DNA from: Octopus sinensis
Lineage: Eukaryota
Assembly (NCBI RefSeq): GCF_006345805.1
Contig: NC_043013.1
Coordinates: 1,054,001 to 1,118,000, forward strand
Length of the DNA stretch: 64,000 nt
Direction of reading: 5' to 3'
Each line of letters opens with the position of its first letter. Positions within the stretch are counted from its first letter, which is position 1. The notes below the pieces were generated by a model, which made no database searches, was not told where the DNA came from, and worked only from the letters and a program-made list of their open reading frames with translations. A program made the translations under genes and the position numbers. This document shows positions 12,201-24,900 of the stretch, in pieces.

Positions 12201-15200
12201 AGTGACTACCAGGTGTTGGGTGCTAGAATGACTTCTATTCAAAATGCGGCCAAATGAGCCAATAGTAGTAACTACAAGTCTTGGATGCGACCAAAAACTT
12301 TGCTGAAATTAAAAAAGAAAAATATGCACAAATACAAACTATTCTTCACAGACAAAACTTAGCTTTGGCTAACATTTAAAACTGGCAAAACAAAATGCAT
12401 CTGTTTTAAAAGGCAAACTGTATTTTTTTTACCTGGAATGCTTTGGGAAGAATGGATAACATCATTGAAAATTCAGCTGTATTTAAGTTAAAGAGTGCAA
12501 TCAGTACAGCTTGAGCAGCCTGAAAAATAGAAAATAATTACACAACTTTACTACATTGTGAATATCATATTTGCTTTCTGAACATTGTGACTTTTCTGCA
12601 ACCAAAAGAAATCAATTCAGTCAAGCAATCTTTCATTACATTCTTCTTCTTCTTGATTTGTTTATTATGTTTAAAGTTCCAACTTAATCAGATTCTATTT
12701 TGCAATGGAATTTTGTTGGACTAAATTCTTTGCCCATCCAGTCCATAACAAATGAAAACTTTGTCTCTTCAATTTATAGAAGCCATCCTTCTCCCTTGCC
12801 GTCTTCTCTCCCTTGCACAAAGAGATTCATATTTTTCCATTCTTTGCTGAATGCATCTTCCATTTATCTTTAACACTGCTGATATTCATTACATTTCAAA
12901 ATATTCTTTAAAAAGTCACAATTTAAAAAATCTTCAACAGCAATGCAGACAAACTACACTGGACCTGGAGAGATTACACTTCCAGAATGACAATCAGTGT
13001 GATATTAGACATAAGAAGCATCAGGTGTGGTGTGTAAGAGAAACGAAGGTGCTGGTATGGTCATGTGATGCATATGGACGAGGACAGCTGTGTAAAGAAG
13101 TGTTGATCCCTAACTGTGGAGGGAACCTGTGGAAGAGACAGACCCAGGAAGATATGGGATGAGGTGGTGAAGCATGATCTCTGAACTTTCGGCCTCACAG
13201 AGACAATAACTAGTGACCAAGACCCTTTGGTGACATGCTGTGCTTGAGAAGATAGGTCAAGCCAAGTGAAATCACAGTCGTGGCTGATGCTGGTGTCACA
13301 TAACCGGCACCCATGCAGGTGGCACGTAAAGAGCACCTTTCAAGCATGGAGCCCCATGGAGGCAAAGTGGTTGAGCCCTTTCAAGTGTTGGACCTCGTGG
13401 ACGTATCGACCGAGTCCATTTGGCATCATGCTGTGCCTGAGAAGAAGACCCATCAAGCCAAATAAAACTGCAGTTGTAGCAGATACCAGTGTCATGCAAA
13501 TGGCATCCATTACACTCTTGGAGTGGTTAACGATAGGAAGGGCATCCAACCACAGAAGATATGCCAAAACAGACGGGAGCCTGGTGCAGCCTTCCAGCTT
13601 GTCAGCCCTGGTCAAACTGTCCAACACATGCCAGCATGGACAACGGACATTAAATGATGATGATGTTTGTGTGTATGCCTTAATTTTATAGAAAAATCCC
13701 AGTCTCACCTTTCGTACATCTGCACTCTTTGGTTCTGTAGTCCAGGTTATAATTCTAGATACAGCTAAACGGGAATCACTAGAATTATTGAAATCTGAGG
13801 GGTCCATAAGTAGGATCAAAGCATGCATGTATTGCAGAACAGCTGCTTTCACCTGGAAAAGCAATCCAATGAGAAATATTAATAAATCAGCCAAACAATT
13901 TTGCAGGTGTGTTAATATAATCATGAAAAAACTTAACTCAATACCTAACAACCAACCAAAACAAAGCAAAATTAATCTTATAGTCAGGCAATAACAAACG
14001 GAATATGTATGATATTGATTTTTTTTTTCTAAAGAAAGGGAAAAAACACACTTGCAAAAATTTAAAGAATTACCTCGATAATACTTTATATAGGAGTAAA
14101 TTAATTAATATTAGAATTTGAATGATATTTTTCTTTTAGTTTTTTCTTTTATTTAGTCAGTTAACATCTTTTTTGAAACTGGAATATTGCAGTAATATAC
14201 TGTATGAATGTCATGCTAATGTTATAAAATTCAGAGATGTATTCAAATCTTGCACATCTATTTTAAAAACTGATTAAAAAGCTGTTAAAGACTGAGAGCG
14301 ATTTAATAACTAATCAGTGATTCTAATAATAATAATAAGAAGAAGAAGCAAAGTAAAAAAAAATGTCACATGCTAGATCCAAGACAAATGACATATGAAG
14401 ATTGTTTAAAATATGATGAGTGCAAAAGTGATTACTTGTTGAATATAATTAAGTTTAATTAACAGTAATTATAACTGGAGTAAGATATTATAATTCAGCT
14501 TGTGCCTCTGTCAGCACTTGTGTTGGGCAGTGGTCACTAAACATTAGTGATGTTATGGTGAGCTGGTAGAATTACTAGCACGACAGACAAACTGCTTGGC
14601 AGCAGTTCCTCCAGCTCTTTACATTCTGGGTTCAAATTCTACCATGGTTGACTTTGCCTTTCATCCTTTTGTAATAGATTAAAATAAGCTGAGTACTGGG
14701 CTTGAACCAACTGACTAGCTTCTTCCCACAAAATTTCACACCTTCTGCCAAAAGTATTATCCTTATTATTAACAGAAATACTGGCCTCTATGCAGTTTTC
14801 CATTAGTTTAGAATAACAGCCTACGTGAGGGACTTATAATTTATAAATTAAATATGGATATTCTTATTCTCCCATTGCCTCTCCTCTCCCCCATTAAAAT
14901 TAACATTACAGCCATTAATTCTGTAAGAAACAAATATGTAACCTAAAGCCATTAATTCAGGTATTTAATGAAGAAATATTTAATGAAAAATTATAGATCA
15001 AACTTTGTGTGTGTGTGTGTGTGTAAAGAGAGAGGAGAGAGACAGAGAATTGGAGAGAGTTTCTACAATAATGCAACATTACTGGCAATTCTTAATTTAA
15101 CCAAAGAAATCAGGAGTTTGTTTGACAATTGGCAGAATAAACACAAATCAGCAGAAAAAAACTCCAGATAGAATGATTCACAATTTATCCAATATTATTT

Positions 15201-15937
15201 AAGAAGTTGGAGAAATATAAGCAAAACTTTGACATGGCAAGACACTGGGTCAATAACAGTTCAGAATCAAAAATGGTAACTTAGATTACCTAGACTTCAA
15301 TTCAGCCTCTCAACAGGCTCACCTGAGAAGAACAAGTTCATTGAAATCAATAAAACTTCAATGTTCATATAAAGCAGTGGTTCTCAACCCTTTTTTACCC
15401 CTGGACCCCTTTCATTACTTTTGTATTCTGGTGGATCTCTTTAGCCATTCAATGTTTAAAAACTAGCTTTATAGGTACTTCTTCAAAATTCCTATTTCGT
15501 TTTTCCCCACATAAATTTCAGTAAGTTAGCTTCTTCCAATAAGCACATCCAAAGTAACATTTTGTTTTTCACTATTAATACTTCGTTGGCTCCCCAATTT
15601 ACTTGTTGCTTGTGTGGACACCCAAAAGTCTTAGATGGAGCCCCAGGGATTATATGGACTCCAGTTGAGAACCACAAACAGAAAGCATTCTTTCATTTGT
15701 TTACAACTTTAGTTATTAAGAAAATATACTGTCGGACTGGTTTCAAATAGCTGTGACTGGATGGAATCTGTTTCAGGAAAGAAATTTCAAATAACATAGA
15801 AGCTAACATGATTATAGGTCATCTTCATTATATGAATTTGCTAATATAGGAATGAATGGAGCTAATGGTTGTTGTTTAGCCCTAGCCAAACCTGACTAAG
15901 AAGGCCTATATTCAAAAGCTTTTAAACTGGACCAGGG

Positions 15938-15972
<35 letters not shown>

Positions 15973-18900
15973 GCATACTTTTCCAGAACTTCAATATCTT
16001 TTGTCCTCTTCCTTCCTTTTTTTTTCCCTACCATACCAGGGAAATGCTAATTTTATAGACAAATAATACCTGGGGAAAAAAAATACATTGAAATAAATTT
16101 TATCACTTCAAGTTCAACATCTAAAGCAAAAATTTAATGTTCAGGAATTGTCAGTTGGTAGTTTCTGAAACGAGCACTATGATGTGTGTCTCTGGTTTAA
16201 TACAGAAATCTTTGGTGTCAGAGATGAAAAAAGGAATATTCTGTTTCCATGACAGAGAAATGAAATACACGTATTGTTATTGTTTTTCTGATCACTATCA
16301 AACTCAACAACAGATACTTGTCTGTTTCAATGGGTTGAATAAGTTTACTATACTTTTACTTTCTATGCCAGCATGGAAAACAGACATTAATCAATGATGA
16401 TGATACAATTTCTATATTTAAGAGATGTGGAATTATGTGCATTATTTACATTTGAAGGATATTTGTCCCCCCAGCCTTCATCAGGTCTCTTGAGGAAATT
16501 TCGAACCTGGGTTCTCATTCCAAAGGTATTTTTTGATATTATTATTATTATTCGGGTCACTGCCTGGAAACCACTACACCATATGCCCACGGGCATATGG
16601 TGTAGTGGTTAGGAGCGCACGCTACTACCCCAAGATTCTGAGTTCGATTCCAGGTAGTGACCTGAATAATAACATCGAAGAATAATAATATTAATAATAA
16701 TAACAACAACATCGAAATAATAATAATAATAACAACAACATAGTGCCGATGGCACGTAAGAGAACCATCCGAACGTGGCCGTTGCCAGTGCCGCCCTGAC
16801 TGGCCTCCATGCCAGTGGCACGTAAAATGCACCATCCGATTGTGGCCGTTGCCAGCCTCGTCTGGCACCTGTGCAGTGGCACGTAAAAAGCACCCACTAC
16901 ACTCATGGAGTGGTTGGCGTTAGGAAGGGCATCCAGCCGTAGAAACACTGCCAGATCAGACTGGGCCTGGCGCAGCCTTCTGGCTTCCCAGACCTCAGTT
17001 GAACCATCCAACCCATGCTAGCATGGAGAACGGACGTTAAACGATGATGATAGAAAAATCCCCAAGACACCTAATGAAGGCTGGAGGGTATATCAGCTGA
17101 AATGTTGCGTTAACAACAAACAAGATGAGGACAAATATCCGTCAAATGTAGATGACGATGATGTTGCTACAAATTAATTCTGAAATTCCCTGTTCAGTTC
17201 AACTAACCTTGCACCATTAAATTCACAACTCCAATGTTTCATTGCTTTTTCCTCCCACCTAAAACTCTCTTTGTTGAAGGCCCAAAGCTTTGCAGATATT
17301 TCTCTTATGCACACTAACAAATAATACTCCTGTACTCAGTTTCTATATCTTTCATCTTTTACTTGTTTCAGTCATTAGACTGTGGCCATGCTGGGGCACC
17401 ACCTTGAGGAATCTTTAGTCAAATGAATCAACTCCAGAACTTATTTGTTTCTAAAGCTTGGTACTTATTCTGTTGGTCTCTTTTGCCGAACCTCTAAGTT
17501 ACAGGAATGTAGACACACCAACAGTGGTGGGAGACACATACACACGACAGGCTTCCTTCAGTTCCCATCTATCAAATCCACTCACAAAGCTATAGAAGAA
17601 GAGGTGCCATGCAGTGGGACTGAACCCAGAACCATGTGGTTGGGAAGCAAACTTCTTGCCACACAGCCACACCTGTGCCTTTCAAATACAAATGTTAAGA
17701 TGGACAGCAGTCCTTGTTGGATACCTTCTACACTATCAGCAGCAGTATCACAATTCCCAGCCAGACCAGGATTTATTTATTTGTCATTTGCAGTAATGGT
17801 GTCGTGTGATACTCTGAAATTTTTAAGCTTAATAATCAATAATCTACAAGATACTATTACATAGTTTCTAGATTTGCAATATAAACCCAGTGAATTAATT
17901 AATCATCTATTTTCTGCCCACATTCACATACACCCTTAATACATTGACATACACCATATCAACAGTAATGGTAAATTAAACCTAGCTGGTTGCTCAAAGT
18001 AATTACCAGTTGGTTGTAGAGATTTCAGTTGTTTTTATTAACCTCAAAAAGCTGATAAAGACAGAAAGAGAGAAAAATTTAAGTTGCTTCATAACTAAGA
18101 TGGAAATGTTAAATGATTGCATGAATGAAACTCTACTGAGTAATGTTGAGCAGGGAAAATGCATTAGGTGCAAATTGGAAAAGTGAATTAGTAAGAACTA
18201 CAATAGCTATTTAGTACTAACTATAGAATTAATGCAGAGTTGCACTGCCTATAATTATTAGGCAAGAAAATTGAGAAGGAAACCCACCACCTGGCAGTGA
18301 GGTTTGCATGAAGCAGTTAAAGCAGTGAATATAAAGAAAATTGAAACCATTTAGAAGAATTACCTTTGGCTGATGTCCATAGTAAATGACAGACATAAGA
18401 AAAACAAAGAGAACAGATAAGCATGCAGTGAAAGCATAAATAATGTTATCTGGTATTTTGGAGTTTATATACTGTAAAAAGTCCATGTGTATGGATGTGT
18501 GTGCGTGTATACATACAAACATACATACACATATCATAACATATGATTGCCAACCAAGTGTGGCATCTTATACAGGACAGTGCTACTGACGTTAATAGCC
18601 CCAGGAAGACATCTCTTCCAGCTGTGTGTCATTAACCAGCTGGAAGAGATGTCTTCCTGGGGCCCTAAACGTCAGTAGCACTGTCCTGTATAGGCTGCCA
18701 CACTTGGTTGGCAATTATATGTTACGATTCCATATTGCTACTGTTTATATCAGGCTCAGAGATTTAATATAGCTTTTATATATATATATATATATTTATG
18801 AGCACACCTACACACCCACATGTGTGTGCATGTATATGTGTGTGTGTCTGTGTGTGTGTGTGTGAACCCACATAGACTGCCTGTAGCATATTTCTAGGAA

Positions 18901-21900
18901 GAAAAAAGTAGAGGGGAAAATACACACCAAATTGTTGCCCACTCATTCATATCAAACATGGGGAAAGGCATCAAATATCAGAAATGGCTTGTATATAAAT
19001 AGGATTTCTGAGATTAAGTAACAGATGTCCAGTGAGTAGATCAGAGAAAATAAATGACCTCAAACTGAGTAACCAAAGATAGAACCTCTTGAGAATGGTA
19101 AAGCTTTAGACAGCCAAAATAACTTAATAGCAAAAGCATATTTTAGAGTATTTCACTGTATTCCAATGCAAAGCATACATATTGTAGATGTCAGTAATTA
19201 ATAATTGGGATAACTTGAATAAAATCATTGGAGAGTGTATGAGAAGATGCAACTTTGAGACCCATTATGCCTGTTCTGAAGTTTGAAAAAAAAAAGAAAT
19301 ATCTGCTAATAATCCATTATCAAACATCAAAGGAACAGGAAGAGAAAAGAATGACGGAAACATAACATCAAGGACATAATTTTTAGAGGAAGATAAGAAA
19401 GAAAGAAAAAAACTTTAAAAGTATAAAAGATGAAATTATCAAAAGAAAAAAAAACATAACTCAATCGCCAAGGAAACAGAGAAAAAGAAAAAACAAAAGG
19501 GATGGAATTAAGCAACAGAAAATGGGAGGGGGTAACCGGTTGTACACCCCAGAACAAATGGTGTATTTAGCCCCACTTTGGCCAGCAACACTTGCTACTA
19601 TAGCCACTCCACTTTACAGGGTTTATTTCTCAGACAGGCCACAGTTATCACAAGGAAATAGGGTAGTGCTGGGTCCAAGAATCAGAAGCTTTGATGGCAA
19701 CCAGCACAAACTTGTAGGGGTCGGTCAGGCTCCTGTCTTCAATTATCAACTTAATGCATGGGGACACACAATTTAGATTAACTAATATTTATTACCAGAA
19801 AACAAAACTACAAAACCTGAAATAATCTCTTGTAGCAGACTAGTTTCTGCAGCCTTCTTACAAAACTGATGCCAGAACTTAACCTTGCAATGTAGCACCA
19901 TTTCATGCAATGTGGAAGAGTAGGAAGTAGAAGATTACAATGGAAACAGATTCCATCGAAACTCTGTAATTATAGCTGCAAAACAGGTTGCAAGATCTTG
20001 TTGAAAAAAAAATCTTGTACAAGATACAATATGCACTCCCATATACACATCCACAGAGAACCACACAGTCGAATGCATGTGTATGTGTACAGGGACACAC
20101 ATGCACATGTCTGTAGATACACACACACACACACACGATAAAAGGAGAATATGATAAGTGTGCTTCAATTGCTTGATCAACAGAACTCACAAAACTATAA
20201 AATGAATGAACATTTCATAGACAATTGGAACTATGAATATAAGCTTCAGGTAGAGTCAGTATGATAAGACTTTGCTTTCAAATCATTAGTACAATTTGCC
20301 AAGCTTCAGCACAGTATCCATCCAACTGACAATAAAGGACACCTACTTAAAGCGTCACACAGTAACATCAAACATGGAACCTAATGATTGCAGATAATAC
20401 TTCTTAACCACAGTGCCATGCACCTGCTATTGCTGACATCATCATTATCTTTATATAAGTATTTTTCACAGAGATTTTGGTGAAGTTCAGTCTCTTGAGA
20501 TCAGCCTTCACAACTTCTTCCCATGCTTTCTCTTCATCTTCATTTCTTCATTTTCTACGGGTTCCTTCCACTCAGAATTTTTGATATTTATTTACCCAAC
20601 TCCATTCGCATGCATTACAAGTCTCTACCAGCACAATTTTCTCTAATTCCTCATCTACCCTCATTTTCCTTTCAACTCATCTCCTTATTCATACACACTG
20701 ACAGTACACCTTCCTATTTGCTTCATTTATTCCAAGCATTCATCTCTCCTCGGCCCCTTCAAACAGAACCCTTTGGTTGCCAACTTCTTCCACACTGGCT
20801 TTCAAAACACTCCCTGCGCCCCATTATTTCCCCAAATTCTATCGTTAATGTAGGTCAAAGAAAATGGTTACAAGGATCAATCTATAACTGTATTAACAAC
20901 AAAGACAGGAAAAAGTATGAACAGAGTTTGGATGGGGAGATGAATGAATAGGGAAAAACCTATCCACATGGTATCGACACAATCTTACCAAGAGTCCTAA
21001 GAGCAAGAATAAAGATAGAAATTGTCCAGATTAATTAACACAATTCTTGAGACAACCAACATTGTTTCAACTACAAAACCTTTCAATATTGATCACAAGA
21101 ATCCATTCAAAAGGACATGAATATAACTGGGGGGGGGGGGGACACAACTTATATTTAGTTCAGCATGTATGGACAAAGGGGGAATAAGTCACGTCTTTTA
21201 GTATATGAATTCATAAGCTTCTTTTCCATTGGTTAACAAAAGAAATTCCCTAATGTACCCCAGTGTTAAGACTAGCTGGGTTCCAACCCCGAAAACTTGC
21301 TAGTGATATATATTGTACAGTATATTTTAAAATTAAAATATCATATTTTTGTTATAAAAAGAGAGAGCAGGAGTTAAGTGAAGCATTGCAAGGGGCTAGA
21401 TCTGGCCCACTGATCTTGTGTCTAACATCCCTCACTTATGTCTGACAATCATATTATTCTTTGCTTCCCATCTTTGCAGGCCTCTCTCTTAGGTTTTTAT
21501 GGCTCTGTCCACATACCATTTCCTCCTCACCATGTTACATTCAGTCTTTCCACAAACCTAGTCTGTGACTCACAGCAGATAATCTCATAGAACATCTTAG
21601 TTGGTTTCTATGTTGCTGTAGAGTTTAAGCTTAATCCTCTCTTCCTTTCTCTCATACATGTCACTTTGTACTTCACTGAACTAACATCTGACTGAGGTAA
21701 CTTTTAGATTCCATACTTTCCTTCTTCAGATTATTTTTTATGGATCTGAGTCAGTCCAGCACTTAGTCTAAAGTCACTAATAACTAGCCTACGATGTATG
21801 CTACTTTCTCCACTGTATATCTCACTTTTCTTGTGAGTATGATATCTATCTGGCTTATGTATTTAGCTGAATAGCAGCTACCCAGGTGTTGGCCTAGGAA

Positions 21901-24900
21901 AGTCAACGTTGCAAATAGTTATTTGAGCTACAAAATGCCATGAAGCGAGATCCCGCTTCGTTTCTCATACCATATTCATGGCGTTTCATATACATCAGAA
22001 CAGCAACTACTGGCATTGCTAAATGTTCTTTAAAATGTCCAACTATGATATCATCTGTTGTTCACCATAGAGGGAGCTTATAAAAGAACCTCAAAGAATC
22101 AGACTTCTTTTGCAACATGTGCCAGTCCTGATTACGATCGATTATACAGAGATCATTGCTGTTGTCTTGTTATCTGTGACACACAGAAGTTTTATTATTG
22201 TCACATATTTTGGCTATGTCAATCGCTTTAGGCATTTTTTCTGTGAAGTTATGCTTAATTCACTCTTCACAGTGTTGCTATCCACCCAGAAGAATTTGTA
22301 TTGGTGCCTGTGATGAGTCTGGCTGAAGCTTTCTTCCATTTTACTTCACATCTCTACTTGCCTGGGATTTCACATCACTACCATCTCTCCAGACCTGCAT
22401 TTCATCATGCTATCACTGATGGTAGCAGCCATCAGTGTTGGCAGGCAGATCTTAGAGTCTGATGGGGGAAAAGATTGTGTATGGAGGAGCATCCACTTAT
22501 GGGGACTGTGCAACATAGCTGGATATTGTTTCTGTTATTGTTTGCCAGATGACAAAGAAACATTGTGACACCTGTCCAATGTGAAATGATAATGCAAAAA
22601 GAACAGTTATAATTCTATCAAGATAGACATAAAGAAAAAAAAAAGGGGATCTGAAACCACAAAGCTGTAGGGACACACAAACACTGTGACTTTTATTGCT
22701 TCTCTCAAAACTATTAGAGATTGAAATTAGATGCAGAAAATATCAGCATATAACTGACATTATTTACAACTCCTTGACCAAGTACAACACACACACACAC
22801 ACACACACAAGAAAACAAGAGCTATGAGAGTCAATAGCATTTGTAGGATATTAACAAGAGAGACAAACAAGAAATGGAGTGAATGGATAGAAACAAATAA
22901 AAATACCTTAAGGTTTGGTGATTGAGTTTGGTCAATACAAAACCTGGTAGCTATACTAAATTGTAGGCTACAAGGAAAACATTCTCTGAAAGAAAGAAAA
23001 AAAATCATTATTCAATAAAGAAGTAAAAATGAAAACTATTTCATGTGTATAATTCTCATTTTATTGTACTGAGCAGATTTAAAGATGTTATATACTTTTT
23101 TTTTTTTTTGTTCTTCTGTTGTCCCACCCCTATTTATTTTACTCTCTTTACTATGTTGTTAGATCTTCAGGATTTGTTCAATAGGTTGAAAAGCAGTGCT
23201 TCATGGGATGCTTGTAATACACCAGCTATTCACAAAAGACAAATGTGTCACAAGGGTTTTTGGAGCAGGAAGCTTATAGTTTCGAATCCAACCATGTCAC
23301 CTTGTTGAGTTCTTGGACAAAGTTGCTTTGTTCACTTCACTTCAACCTGTCAACTCAAATTAAATAGGCTCTCATATCGTAATTAAGGCAGGAAGTATTT
23401 TCAATTTTAATTAACATTTATCAAATAGACTTATGAAATAACAGCTAATATAATTTTATAAGCCTTTTAATTATTATCCCACCCATCATTGTCAATGATG
23501 ACTAAGGACATCAGCAAAGAGAAGACGATGGGATACAGTTTGTCCAGTTGTGGTCAATCCATCCAAAGTGTGTTCAGAAGGCTCAACTGCATGTTGAGCC
23601 TTTGGTGGTCAGCTGGGGCTGAAGGCAAGAAATTGGCTCTGGACTTGCATAGTTCATGTTCACTTCATGCTCCCTACATTCATGTTTTGTAGGTGCAGCT
23701 TTATGAGGCTGGGCAGTCCAGTGGTTGGGTTTTCCATTTAATAAAATCTGTTCTCCTTTAATACCATCTCCAAAGTCTAGAAGAGTTTTTCAAAAGTTAG
23801 AGGGACTAACTCTTCACTCTCAGTTGATGCTTCATTTAAAAATCATTTAAAACAGTGAAAAATTGCCCAAACCCTAAAAAGTGCAGGCCATGTGAATATA
23901 GAATTCACTTCATAACCATGGAGTCTTGAGTTTTATCTCACAGCATGTCTTCAGACCAACCAATGACTTATGAATGAAATTGGCAAATGGAAACTGCATG
24001 GAAGCCTATCATCTGCTTGTATATGCATGTGAATGTATGAATTCTACATCTTCACATAAACCATTTAAGCAAAAATGGTGATTTTTTTTTTAATGTCCCC
24101 TATGAACAAATTATCCTGAAGTTCTGCAGTTGTGAAGAAAAATGTAATTTTAAAAATCCCTTACTTGAAAAACAAGTAAAGGTTGACAATGATAAGTACT
24201 CAACCAACTCGTGCCAACATGGGATGCCAGTGCTACCTTACTGGCCGTAAAAGCACTCACTACACTCTTGGAGTGGTTGGCATTAGGAAGGGCATCCAGC
24301 CGTAGAAACCTTGCCAAATAAGATTGGAGCCTGGCTTGCCAGTCCTCAGTCAAACTGTCCAACCCATGCCAGCATGGAAAGCAGACGTTAAACAATGATG
24401 ATGATGATGAATGAATCTAGTTTCTTAGATGCATAACACTGCCGTATGAGGTAGCAGCAATCATTTTATATCTTACCTGACAGTTTCTAATGCTTTTTGT
24501 ATTTTAGTTTGAATTGATCCAAGTACATCAGTACCAGTCTTATTAAGAAGTTTGGTCAGCAATATATTGAGCCAGTCATTTAGTTCAGTTGTGTGCACAG
24601 TAATCAACAGCACAAGAATATCGAGAAATATACTGAGAACCTGCAGTGAAAGAAAAAAAAAAAAAAAAAGAAGAAAAGAATAAAATAAATGTAAACAGAA
24701 CAACAACTGTAATTAACCCTTTTGTTACCAACCCAGCTGAAACCGGCTCTGAGTACAAATGTCTTGTTTTCATTAGTTTTGAATTAAAATCTTCCATTAA
24801 ACCACTTTAGTCACAATTTACATTCCTAACATTAGCTGAATGATAACTAAGTTATTTTACTAATGTTATATTTAAAATTGAAAGAAACACAGAGCATCTC

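Larger units (their letters stand above)
16406..17150. mobile_element. Head-to-head pair of solo Penelope pLTR units, right copy interrupted by an RTE tail
   Basis: Minus copy 16406-16588, plus copy 16591-16680 resuming at 17055-17150; perfect 20-bp inverted repeat around 16589-16590. Confidence 0.75.

Noticed and set aside
13340-13969. 209-aa minus-strand ORF
   Set aside because: Only 13709-13852 is CLASP exon; the rest is intron and antisense RTE sequence that happens to stay open.
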